43,246 bases of DNA, from the NCBI GenBank assembly GCA_038523235.1, contig JBCBJQ010000046.1, positions 1-43,246 of the forward strand, written 5' to 3'. Positions within the stretch are counted from its first letter, which is position 1. The number at the start of each line of letters is the position of its first letter. Below are positions 1 through 8,905 of the stretch, piece after piece. Position numbers and translations under genes: made by a program. Under the pieces are notes generated by a model. It did not search any database and was not told the origin of the DNA. It worked only from the letters and a program-made list of their open reading frames with translations. This DNA is from Cyanobacteria bacterium J06626_4. Lineage in GTDB: Bacteria > Cyanobacteriota > Cyanobacteriia > Phormidesmidales > Phormidesmidaceae.

Positions 1-891
1 GAGTATCACCAATATAGCCTTACAAAAAACCTTAGATGTGGGAACAATCCCCCAAAGTTTGGAATTTTTCTTATAGGATTTCTGCCAATAGCGTAGCGAT
101 TTAAATCCGCTCTTGCGGTCAGTCATTTCTTCTAAAGTTCGGAAACAAAGATACTGATAAATCGTAGCTAGGGTTCTTGGCTTAATAGATTGAAACTCTA
201 AGGGTGCAACTTGAAATGCCTTATGAACAACTTTCAGGCAGCCTTGTTCAATCTTTTCGACATTGGCAGAGCCAGAGCCTTTGACAATACGATAGTAGAC
301 TTCATGATGGGGGCTGACGGCGATCGGAGAATTGGTCGCGAGTCGGATGAAGACATCCCAGTCATCGGCGCCATAAATTGTTTCATCAAATCCGCCAATC
401 TCTACTAGCTCTTTGCGACGGATCAGAGGATTGGAAGCGGTATGAAGGAAGTTCTTCATCAAGAGTTTTTCATAGGCATTTTCGGCATGACGAATAGGCG
501 GATATGTCCGAATTAAATCCCCTGATTCATCAATTGTTTTTAACCAGCTGTAAGCAAATGCGGCGTTTGGTTTCGCTTTTAACACTTGCCATTGATTTTC
601 CAGCTTTTTCTCATGCCAGAGATCATCATGATCCAGAAAGGCGACAAACTCGGCCGTCGCATGCTGCAAGCCTCGGTTTCGGCTTGCCGCGATTCCCGCG
701 TTAGCGTATGGAAATATTTTGATTCTAGAATCATTGACAGAAGAAACGAGTGCCAATGAGTGATCCTGTGATCCGTCATCAATGACGATAAGCTCAAAGT
801 CTTGGAAGGTCTGATTTAAAACAGTATCGACTGTTTCTAAGAGGAATTGAGCACTATTATAAGTATTAAGGATAACGGATACGATTGGCAT
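1..891 (-). CDS. GT2 family glycosyltransferase (3' end outside window)
   Basis: Not in the ORF track. Manual translation from ATG at 891 gives MPIVSVILNTYNSAQFLLETVDTVLNQTFQDFELIVIDDGSQD...ASRNRGLQHATAEFVAFLDHDDLW, i.e. GT-A fold motifs (VIDDGS, RNxG, FLDxDD). Its absence from the track fits a frame running off the window edge. Confidence 0.92.
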   Translation of the reverse strand, partial: MPIVSVILNTYNSAQFLLETVDTVLNQTFQDFELIVIDDGSQDHSLALVSSVNDSRIKIFPYANAGIAASRNRGLQHATAEFVAFLDHDDLWHEKKLENQWQVLKAKPNAAFAYSWLKTIDESGDLIRTYPPIRHAENAYEKLLMKNFLHTASNPLIRRKELVEIGGFDETIYGADDWDVFIRLATNSPIAVSPHHEVYYRIVKGSGSANVEKIEQGCLKVVHKAFQVAPLEFQSIKPRTLATIYQYLCFRTLEEMTDRKSGFKSLRYWQKSYKKNSKLWGIVPTSKVFCKAILVIL

Positions 892-1029
892 TACAATTTG
901 GAGTTGAGCAGATTTCTTAGCCTATTGTTTCGCAACAAATAAAATCCTTAAAAAGTGTTGTCTTGTCAATTCAAGATGTCATTTAGCTGACACTGAATAA
1001 CTCAATTATTCTGCAGTCAATAGCTCACT

Positions 1030-1998
1030 CTAATCTCCATTTTTATAATTAAGTAACAAATTCGAGCAGAAGTAGAAAGGGCTGATAACTGTAGCCAAAC
1101 GGTAAATTAAGTCGAAATTACCTATAAGCTTTTTTTGAGGGGATGACAGAAAATGGAAGACGGACAACAAGAAAACGAAAACATCATTTGAAATATGGCA
1201 CGGTGTCAGTATTATCTTTTGCCAGGATTCATAGCGGGCCATCCGAATATGATGGCGACAGAGCCCCGTACCCCAAGCAATGCTCAGCAAATATTTTTTG
1301 TCTAGCCGATGTTTGGGGATTTTGTGATGAATAAGCATTTTGGGGTTATACCAGATTTCCCAGCCTGCTTTCTGGATATGGGCTAAAACTTCTAAGTCTT
1401 CGCCAGCGACAAAGGAATTATTAACGCGCCCCTTCAATAGAGTTTGCTCTGGCACGTTATCAAGCCAAACTTGTCGTCGAACGACTAATCCTGCACCAGG
1501 CGGTAACATCCGTTTTTGAGGTCTGTAGCAATGGGCTTGTTCTCCACGGTCTGTGAGTGCTAAGAACGTAGCAATCTTTTCAAAGTTCTCAGGGGGAGCT
1601 GTTTCAAACTGCCCATGAACTTTACCGCCAAAAGCACCTACTTCAGGATGTTGACCAGCAAAATCGACAACCTGCTTTATCCAGCTGGGTGTCGGAATAT
1701 TATCATCGTCTAAGAAGGCGACAATTCTGCCCTCAGCCTCTGCGATGGCTCGCTGTCGAGCGAAGGCCAGTCCTTTCTTTGGCTCAGATATACAACGTAG
1801 AAGATAAGGATAAGCTGTACTTTTTTGATATTGCTGGACAATCTCGCCAGTATTGTCTTGGCTGGCGTTGTCAATCACCAACACATCCCACAAGATTGAG
1901 TCGGTATCTGTCTGAGCATCTAGAGCATCGAGCACTTCTGGTACACGATTTTCGCCGTTATAGGTACAAATTGCCACTGTGATATCGATATTAGCCAC
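1030..1998 (-). CDS. hpsE: GT2 glycosyltransferase, HpsE-like (hormogonium polysaccharide biosynthesis)
   Basis: TVAICTYNG, VIDNAS, AFARQRAI, AFLDDD, LPPGAGLVVRR and AGEDLE motifs; resembles the cyanobacterial HpsE family. GT2 is certain, hpsE orthology is moderate. Confidence 0.8.
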   Translation of the reverse strand: MANIDITVAICTYNGENRVPEVLDALDAQTDTDSILWDVLVIDNASQDNTGEIVQQYQKSTAYPYLLRCISEPKKGLAFARQRAIAEAEGRIVAFLDDDNIPTPSWIKQVVDFAGQHPEVGAFGGKVHGQFETAPPENFEKIATFLALTDRGEQAHCYRPQKRMLPPGAGLVVRRQVWLDNVPEQTLLKGRVNNSFVAGEDLEVLAHIQKAGWEIWYNPKMLIHHKIPKHRLDKKYLLSIAWGTGLCRHHIRMARYESWQKIILTPCHISNDVFVFLLSVFHFLSSPQKKLIGNFDLIYRLATVISPFYFCSNLLLNYKNGD

Positions 1999-2159
1999 GA
2001 TATTGATTGTGCCTACAGGGAAATCTACGAGATGCGTTACTAGGCTTCCCTATTTTTGACGAAAATTGATGAATTAATCGTTCTTTAATTTGAAGTTATC
2101 AACAAATAAATCACGGAAATTGTTTTTCTGAATGGCAGAGTAGATGCAGACTCTTTGGG

Positions 2160-3437
2160 CTAATTAAACCAAAGAGCAAAGAAAAGGAAACGACCGTCAA
2201 AGGCGGCCATCAGCTGCCACCAAAAATCAGGATCGGTAAGCGTCCCGGTTTCTAAATACGGTACAGCGGCCGTGCCTTGTGCCCAGCGAACGGCATCGAA
2301 GGTTTGGGGCTCAGTGAATATTCGCTGCAAGTTCAAGCCTACTGGCTCGGTACCGCGCCAAAAGGGGAGCAATCGATCGCCCGCTAGAATGGTATCCGCT
2401 TCATCCAAAAAGGCCAGCCATTGGTCAATCATCTCTGGCGTTACCGGCACGCCCGGAATCACCCCCGTTTGATTGGGATTGGGAATCCACTCGTGGTCGT
2501 CGTCAGTCTCTTGGCGGTAAAGATCCCAGGTTTGGCGACTCAAGGCCGTCACCTGCTGCAAATGACCCAGCGCCGCTGCCGGGCGATCGCGATCTATCAC
2601 CGGCAGGTTAATCAGATGCACCAGGGCGATCGCATCTAAAAACGCATCCGGAAAGACGTCCTCAGAGGGCCGTTCTTGGAGAAAGGGGTAGGGAATCTCA
2701 GGATTTTGGAAAAATAGATGGGCCGTATGGTCGAACAGAATCGAGTCATCGTGGGCCAGATAAAAGTCGAGCAGTGCCGCTAGCAAATGGCAATAGCCCC
2801 GCAGCCACTGTACGTCGCCAGCATCCAGCGTGATCCGAAAGTTAGCGGCTTGCGCTTCGGTGATTTGTGTCCAGGTGAGATCGCCATAAATGCGCCACAG
2901 CGCTTCAAGGTCTGAGCCTTGACCATCGGCATCAAAGTCAAAATAAGCCCGTCCTAGGTTGATCCCCAGCTTCACAGTGTCATCGGTGATTGGGGCCAGG
3001 GTGGCTTCTGCCAGCAGAATGTCGGCCTCAAACTGCTCTAGTACCTGGCGGGCCTGAGCATTATTGATCGGAGTGGGGCTCGGATTTTCGAGCACGGGTA
3101 GTCGCAAGATCGGCAAAATGCCCGTCAAAGGACCTTGCGATCGCAGACCATATTGATACCAGGACTGCCCCAGATTTTCGACCGCATTAGCAAATTGCAA
3201 AAAGCCGGTGCCAAAGCGCAGTTCATCATCTTCGACCTGAACGCTCAGCGCTTCGGCCAATTGGGTGGCTCCGACCTCAACTTGGGCCTGCGCCAGAGCG
3301 ATATTGACCCGCTCCTCAACGGTCAGGGAAGTCGTCGAGACTTGCGCGTTGCCGGGGTAAATCGTCGCGCCCAGCGCTATGAACAATAGCGTTAGTGCTA
3401 AAAGACCCGCATTTCGGAAACGCTGATACGAAGGCAT
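2160..3437 (-). CDS. Exported hypothetical protein (425 aa)
   Basis: Long ORF with a Sec-type N-terminus (MPSYQRFRNAGLLALTLLFIALGA...NAQ); acidic, Trp-rich body; no family recognised. Confidence 0.8.
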   Translation of the reverse strand: MPSYQRFRNAGLLALTLLFIALGATIYPGNAQVSTTSLTVEERVNIALAQAQVEVGATQLAEALSVQVEDDELRFGTGFLQFANAVENLGQSWYQYGLRSQGPLTGILPILRLPVLENPSPTPINNAQARQVLEQFEADILLAEATLAPITDDTVKLGINLGRAYFDFDADGQGSDLEALWRIYGDLTWTQITEAQAANFRITLDAGDVQWLRGYCHLLAALLDFYLAHDDSILFDHTAHLFFQNPEIPYPFLQERPSEDVFPDAFLDAIALVHLINLPVIDRDRPAAALGHLQQVTALSRQTWDLYRQETDDDHEWIPNPNQTGVIPGVPVTPEMIDQWLAFLDEADTILAGDRLLPFWRGTEPVGLNLQRIFTEPQTFDAVRWAQGTAAVPYLETGTLTDPDFWWQLMAAFDGRFLFFALWFN

Positions 3438-3567
3438 CTTGAGGAGTCCTGCTAGAGGGAAGTCGGGGTGCTGAATGGCATTGCCTTCTCACTGTGGCGA
3501 AAACCATTCTGGAATAGGTGGGTTAGCAAATATCCTTTACACATCACCCTGACCTAGCACCGGACAT

Positions 3568-4290
3568 CTACGGGGCAAGACGAGCTTTCTTGAGACGATT
3601 TTCTTCATACCAGGCAGCGATCGCCGGTACCCACGCTTCAAAATGGGGCCAAATCGCTTCACACATTTTCTGGGCTTCGAGCTGAGCGTCGGCCTTCCAA
3701 CGCAGGTCGAGCAGGTGCATCAGCGATCGCGGGTTAGCCGATACCACCCAATGTTGCCGCACATCAAAGGGGATCAGCCCCCGAGCATGTTCTTCGGCAA
3801 AGCCTGCTTCGATTTTTTCTTGATAGCGGTGGCAGGCTTGCAGACACCAATCCAAATCGCGCTGGCGTTCTGCAGCAGTGTATTCATATTTTTTGCCCTG
3901 GCGATCGCTGTAAGCGCCGACAGGCCGTAAATAGAAGACTTCGTCCACCTCTCGTTTGCCCGTCACCACATCGAGAATGCGACTGCCCGTATAGCGAAAA
4001 CTTTGCACATCAAAACTCAGACCAACACGATGGGTGCGGATCTGCTGCATCGTGCTGTGGGGAAACCAGCCCACATTCAACACAATTTGAGGGTGCTCTA
4101 AGGGGCCAAAGTGACCCCGCCCGCCCTTGAGCAAATTCTTAATCACGACATCGCCAGCCTGCGCTTCACTGGGCCAGGTATCGCGCTCGTGGGCCACAAA
4201 GTCCTCGGCGTAGTCCTGGTGCATGGCAGCGTAAATAGTTTGCTGAGGGTTGGGAGTTTGAGAAATGACCTCAACGGTAAAGCGATCCAT
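3568..4290 (-). CDS. thyX: FAD-dependent thymidylate synthase ThyX
   Basis: GHFGPLEH, QIRTHRVGLSFDVQSFRY (ThyX motif variant), EEHARGLIP, NPRSLMHLLDLR. Start placed at MDRF (4290) rather than the track's 4326. Confidence 0.95.
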   Translation of the reverse strand: MDRFTVEVISQTPNPQQTIYAAMHQDYAEDFVAHERDTWPSEAQAGDVVIKNLLKGGRGHFGPLEHPQIVLNVGWFPHSTMQQIRTHRVGLSFDVQSFRYTGSRILDVVTGKREVDEVFYLRPVGAYSDRQGKKYEYTAAERQRDLDWCLQACHRYQEKIEAGFAEEHARGLIPFDVRQHWVVSANPRSLMHLLDLRWKADAQLEAQKMCEAIWPHFEAWVPAIAAWYEENRLKKARLAP

Positions 4291-4467
4291 GGGGCTTAGG
4301 AAATGTAACGACTGGAAACACATCATAAGGCGGCGACGCGATCGCCACCCCCAGTAAATGCTCCGCTAGACTACCCCTAATCTCGCCACAATCTGGGCGG
4401 CCCTCAGTTTCTCTTAACACCCCAACTTTCACTCAGGCGCGTGAGCGTGTTGCCCAAGCCAAGTGAA

Positions 4468-4508
4468 CTTAATGTTAAAGGCTTTGTACAGGAGGCTTTA
4501 ACATTGAG
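4468..4508. promoter_or_regulatory. Inverted repeat (hairpin or operator) between sulfotransferase 1 and thyX
   Basis: AATGTTAAAG (4471-4480) and CTTTAACATT (4496-4505) are perfect 10-bp arms. Confidence 0.4.
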
Positions 4509-4709
4509 CCCATCTCATGCACCAGGCTGTCGCTATGCCGGTTGAGATTTGAGCTTGACTGGGCGATCGCAGTTTTAATTGGTGCTGCCATGACGGTAGG
4601 CGGTCATTTGCCAGCGTTCAACCACTACACAAATAGATTGGGGCTGGTCGATAGATCTGCTCGCTACCATCCTCTGGCTCATTGATGACAGACCCTAGAC
4701 TTGAGCCCC

Positions 4710-5561
4710 CTAACCAAATAATTTTTGCACCAGCACACCGCACTGCAGGTCTATTTTTTCTCTCACAAAGTCTGGACTGACATGTGCGTATAGATCAAAA
4801 TCTTTGCTGGGATTCGTCCCAGACCGAGAAGCAGAGACATCGATCGTCTCAGGGCTGATGTTCAAGAACTCGGCAATCTTGTCAATACTTTCCCGAATAT
4901 CCTGAGTTCTCAGCACTAGTAGCCGATCTGCAGGTACAGATTTCAGAACGCATTCGTTATGGTCACGCCAGTAGCTCAAATAGCTAGACACTGGCCAGAT
5001 TTCATCCAAAGTTTTGAGCGCTGTCTCTTCCGGTTCATACTCGAAGTCATAACGACCATAGCGAGCACGCTCTAGAGCTCGCCATTTGAGAGTTGCCGAA
5101 CGAGTCTTGAGGTTTTGATTGATCTCAGAAGCCAACCACGAAAAGGGTTCGCGGACAGTATGAATAAACTTGGCTTCAGGATAAAGCTCAGCCAGTATAG
5201 ATACCGTGTGATGTAAGTAGTGAGAAGCTTCCATCTCAAGACCGAGTTGGCGATCGCGCCACCGCAATAACGCTTTCCACTGACCTTCAGAGTAGTCCCC
5301 CGCCAGGAAGCGAAGAATGTGGGGAATCGTATCATCATCCATCGGCTCATGCTGAGATGAGTAATGAGCCGCAAACATATACCCGAGGGAGTGTGTACCA
5401 CTACGAGGCAGACCAACACAATAAGCCTGAAAACGACGACTGTTTTGCATCGGCAGAAACTGCGACCAAGAAGCCCAAAATGCTTGTTTCCGCATCAACT
5501 TTGCTTTTTGAGGCTTGGGTGAATAGCCGTACAGATTCATCGCAGGTTTCATATTTGTCAT
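4710..5561 (-). CDS. P-loop sulfotransferase family protein (paralog 1)
   Basis: 5'-PSB-like loop YCVGLPRSGTHSL; 3'-PB-like HTVREPFSWLAS; C-terminal VPADRLLVL. Start uncertain (5561 or 5540). Confidence 0.85.
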   Translation of the reverse strand: MTNMKPAMNLYGYSPKPQKAKLMRKQAFWASWSQFLPMQNSRRFQAYCVGLPRSGTHSLGYMFAAHYSSQHEPMDDDTIPHILRFLAGDYSEGQWKALLRWRDRQLGLEMEASHYLHHTVSILAELYPEAKFIHTVREPFSWLASEINQNLKTRSATLKWRALERARYGRYDFEYEPEETALKTLDEIWPVSSYLSYWRDHNECVLKSVPADRLLVLRTQDIRESIDKIAEFLNISPETIDVSASRSGTNPSKDFDLYAHVSPDFVREKIDLQCGVLVQKLFG

Positions 5562-6008
5562 CAGTCTCAACAACCAAGCGCTTTCTGGTCACCATGCAGA
5601 GTACCCAAAGCTTGAAGATTTCCCACCCCAAAATCACCGATTGAGTCCATCGGTGATACAACTCCAGCAATAATGTATGGTCACAGAGTGCATTTCACCT
5701 GAGATCCGATTATCGGTTTCAAGGATGACTCGGCCTAATTCATGAAATTTGTCCGATCGGGTTCCTTACCCAATCTGTATAGAGTTACCGATTGAGTAAG
5801 GAACTGCATTGCCGCTCTAGCGATTGGCTCAGGATCGCGGATTCTGAGCATTTGTTCGATCTTTAGTGGCTCACTACCAACCGATTCAAGATTCTCAAAA
5901 CCTTTACATTGCTTGCGGATTACGAAAATAGGTCGGAAAATTCACCCACTCTAAGCTCAGAATGCATCTATCAGGAAGGCCTATAACAGCGAAGAGGAAG
6001 ACCTGATT

Positions 6009-6049
6009 GACTGCCGAAAATTCCAACATCGGTGGGACTTTCGACAGTC
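6009..6049 (-). terminator. Long stem-loop just 3' of sulfotransferase paralog 2
   Basis: Minus-strand RNA GACUGUCGAAAGUCCCAC-CGAU-GUUGGAAUUUUCGGCAGUC pairs over about 16 bp with G-U wobbles that only work on the minus strand; 20 nt after the stop; no strong U tract. Confidence 0.55.
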
Positions 6050-6068
6050 AGCTTTGGCATGCCCGATT

Positions 6069-6995
6069 CTACGATAGAGTTAGGGGCTGAAGAGTTTTGT
6101 CAGTCAAGTAGAACTGAGGCACTTTGTCGAATAACTGTTCAACCAGAGGCCCGCAGTGTAAATCCACCTTTTCTTGGACAAAATCCACATCGACATGGGC
6201 GTATAAATCAAACTTTTTGCTAGAATTTTTGCCTGAATGGGAAGCAGACGTGTTGATTGTCTCTGGATGGATGTTCAGGAAATGGGCAATTCGGTCAATA
6301 CTGTGCTTGATTTCATGGGTTCTCAGCACGAGCAATCGATCTTTAGGAATAATCCTCATGATTAATTCGTTGTGGTCACGCCAGTAGCTTAAGTAGCTCG
6401 CAACTGGCCAAACTGCGTCTAGAGCTGCCAGGGCTTTTTCCTCTGGTGCATACTGAAACCCATAACGTCCGTAGCGCGCCCGTTCTATCGCTCTCCACAT
6501 GGGATTTTCACAGGTTTCGAGGTTCTGATTAATCTCAGAAGCCAGCCAGGAAAGAGGTTCACGGACGGTATGAATGAACTTCGCCTCGGGATACATCTCA
6601 GCCAATATTGCCACTGTGTGATGCAAGTAATGGGATGATTCCAGTTCAAGCCCTAGCTTTAGATCGCGGCATCGCAGCAATGCCTTCCACTGACTCTCGG
6701 TATACGTTCCACTCAGATAACGGAGAAGGTGGCTGATTGTAGTTGTTTTCGCGGGTTCATGTTTGGACGAATAACGCGAGCCAAACATATACCCCAAGGA
6801 ATGTGTGCCGCTACGAGGTAAACCCACACAGTAAGCGTGAAAACGACGATTATTTTGAGCTGGCAAAAACTGTAAAAGAGGGGCTAAAAATGTCTGCCTC
6901 TGAATTCTTCTGACTGTTTTTAGCTGAGGTGAATAGCCGTACATATTCATCTTAGCTGTCGAATTCATCATCGGGAAACCTCGAAAACTTTTCAT
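6069..6995 (-). CDS. P-loop sulfotransferase family protein (paralog 2)
   Basis: Same motifs (YCVGLPRSGTHSLGYMF, HTVREPLSWLASEINQNL); colinear and highly similar to 4710-5561. Confidence 0.85.
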   Translation of the reverse strand: MKSFRGFPMMNSTAKMNMYGYSPQLKTVRRIQRQTFLAPLLQFLPAQNNRRFHAYCVGLPRSGTHSLGYMFGSRYSSKHEPAKTTTISHLLRYLSGTYTESQWKALLRCRDLKLGLELESSHYLHHTVAILAEMYPEAKFIHTVREPLSWLASEINQNLETCENPMWRAIERARYGRYGFQYAPEEKALAALDAVWPVASYLSYWRDHNELIMRIIPKDRLLVLRTHEIKHSIDRIAHFLNIHPETINTSASHSGKNSSKKFDLYAHVDVDFVQEKVDLHCGPLVEQLFDKVPQFYLTDKTLQPLTLS

Positions 6996-7205
6996 AGTCG
7001 TCTCAACACGGGATCACAATCCTGAGGACTCGCGCTAGCTGAAGTTGTCCAGCGAAAAAGACGCTGAAATTTGACGATAGGTCAACATCAGCGATCGCCA
7101 AAAAAGTTTTTTTTGATCGCCTCGTCTAACTAATTTTTGAAAAATCTGTAGGCTCTCACTAAGCCAAAACCGGAAGAAATCCCGTAGAAATGCGAGTCAC
7201 TAGCT

Positions 7206-7242
7206 GAGCAATTCTCAATTCTCTAAGCTAGAGAATTTGCTC
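7206..7242 (-). terminator. Hairpin 10 nt downstream of small ORF 7253-7402
   Basis: AATTCTCTA-agc-TAGAGAATT core, extended by GAGCA/TGCTC. Confidence 0.45.
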
Positions 7243-7252
7243 GCTGGGTCTT

Positions 7253-7402
7253 TTAGCTCGTCGGTGTTACCCCATGAGCGATGGCATAACCCAGTTGAGC
7301 AACGGTAATGCCCTGCTGTTGTTCAAGATGCTGCTGCGACAGCTTCACAACGTTGGAGATGAGTCCTGGGTAGATACAGGCCAGAGAACGATGTTCGTTC
7401 AT
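7253..7402 (-). CDS. Putative 49-aa small protein/peptide
   Basis: ATG at 7402: MNEHRSLACIYPGLISNVVKLSQQHLEQQQGITVAQLGYAIAHGVTPTS; co-oriented with the sulfotransferases and followed by a hairpin; no clear SD sequence. Confidence 0.45.
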   Translation of the reverse strand: MNEHRSLACIYPGLISNVVKLSQQHLEQQQGITVAQLGYAIAHGVTPTS

Positions 7403-7728
7403 ACAGTTGCTGAGACTTGAGCTAGAAGACAGTGTTTTTGACGCAGCCACCGTTTCGTTGTTCCATAATTTCGAGGCAGAATCAGGAAAAATACTCTGCA
7501 GGGAAAATTTAGGATCGATTCATCAAAATCGACACTGAAAACTGTACTCAGATATACAATTATTGGCTTCTTTGATTTCATGCAGCGAAGCTCAACCCTT
7601 GATGCCGCTCATAAGATGCCTGCTCAAAAGAATCTCACCCGCTCGTCGCTGGCAGCGTAGAGTCAGTACCGTCTGATTAAGCAACGGAGTTGTTATCTCC
7701 ATCGCCGCAAGTTGCCACACAAATCGCT

Positions 7729-7879
7729 GCTAGCTTTCAAGATATGGCAGAATTCGGAATTCAGAAGGCGGAATACCCTGCGGGAAAGGCAAGCCCTACG
7801 GAATTCAAACACCTATCGAATGGTGATTTCAGCCATCTGGGGTAACCTAATCAACTGCGGCTAGCTTTTAAGATATGCC
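7729..7879. repeat. Composite cyanobacterial repeat (STRR-like heptamers plus SDR-like mini element) bounded by 20-bp direct repeats
   Basis: GCTAGCTTT(C/T)AAGATATG(G/C)C at 7729-7748 and 7860-7879; heptamers GCAGAAT-TCGGAAT-TCAGAAG-GCGGAAT; ACCCTGCGGGAAAGGCAAGCCCTAC at 7775-7799. Confidence 0.6.
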
Positions 7880-7966
7880 CTTGCCAGTTTCGGTCATCGG
7901 TTAAAACTGAGCGGCGCGATTCACGCTGAATTGCCCCTCTTCTTCCTAAACGCGGTCATCAGTGGC

Positions 7967-8800
7967 CTAGGGTTCAACATATTCAACTGATCGCTGCACG
8001 GCGGTAGGCATCGGCATCGGCTTAGCTCGTAATGGTGATATCGCGGGCTGGCCAGGCGGTAGCTGAGGTTTAGGATGCAAAGCCCGGAGCCCTTCAATCA
8101 GAGCCACGCGCACCAGTGGTTCTGATTCGTGAATCAGCATGAGCCGCAAGCAGTCCACCAGATGCGATCGCACCGTCACCTCAGTGCCGGGCAAATAGGT
8201 GGTTGAAGCTGCCGACTCGCTGAGACATTCCTGGAGCAGCGATCGCACGGCCAGCAGGCGCTTAAGGGGATCAGCCGCCGACAAATCTTGCCATCGACTC
8301 TCAGGGGAGGCCACCGGGGCAGCGGCCACCGGCGGCACGGCCGCCCCGGAGTCAATCGAGCGGGCGCTCATCTCTCGGAGGAAAAACAGCAAGTTGCCCG
8401 CGCCGAGCCCCAGCAGAGTAATGGCGGCCCAACTACCACCCAATTGTGACCACGCCGCCGCAAAGCCATAGGTGGTGGCAAAGGCTAAACTGCTGGCCAA
8501 CAGCGGCGTCTGCGCTAACCGAGCTAGGCGATGATGCAACTGTTGATAAACCGGCGCGAGCTTTTGCCAGGGGAGCTGCTGACCCGACAGCAGAAAGTGA
8601 TAGGTGAGGGTGCTGGTGGCGATCGCGAGCAGCAGTTTGCCATCGACGAGAGCCGCCAGCCAAGCGATCAAAAACCAGCGGCCATAGCGATTGATGACGA
8701 CGGCATTTTGCTGATAGAGCGCGATCGCGGCTGGACTAGCCGACGTTTTCAACGACTTCGCCCCGGAGAGAATCTTGTTTGCTGATGATGCCTGTGCCAC
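7967..8800 (-). CDS. Hypothetical membrane protein with C-terminal HEAT/ARM-like helices
   Basis: Several hydrophobic segments, then DPLKRLLAVRSL and ESEPLVRVALIEGL (HEAT-like). Confidence 0.7.
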   Translation of the reverse strand: MAQASSANKILSGAKSLKTSASPAAIALYQQNAVVINRYGRWFLIAWLAALVDGKLLLAIATSTLTYHFLLSGQQLPWQKLAPVYQQLHHRLARLAQTPLLASSLAFATTYGFAAAWSQLGGSWAAITLLGLGAGNLLFFLREMSARSIDSGAAVPPVAAAPVASPESRWQDLSAADPLKRLLAVRSLLQECLSESAASTTYLPGTEVTVRSHLVDCLRLMLIHESEPLVRVALIEGLRALHPKPQLPPGQPAISPLRAKPMPMPTAVQRSVEYVEP

Positions 8801-8905
8801 GGTTTCCCCAACCCATCGAGTTCTGACATGCTCACACAGTGCTCTGCGAACTGCAACTGATGCAGCCTGTGCTCCGAGAGTATTAAAGCAATCGTCGGCC
8901 TGACC

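Noticed and set aside
211..797. Short ORFs in the track (211-408, 504-704, 579-797)
   Set aside because: They overlap the real minus-strand GT2 gene (1-891) in other frames.
7399..7581. 60-aa ORF (MKSKKPII...) upstream of the small peptide
   Set aside because: It lies in AT-rich promoter-like DNA with no recognisable motif or supporting signal; it cannot be supported, though it is not formally excluded.
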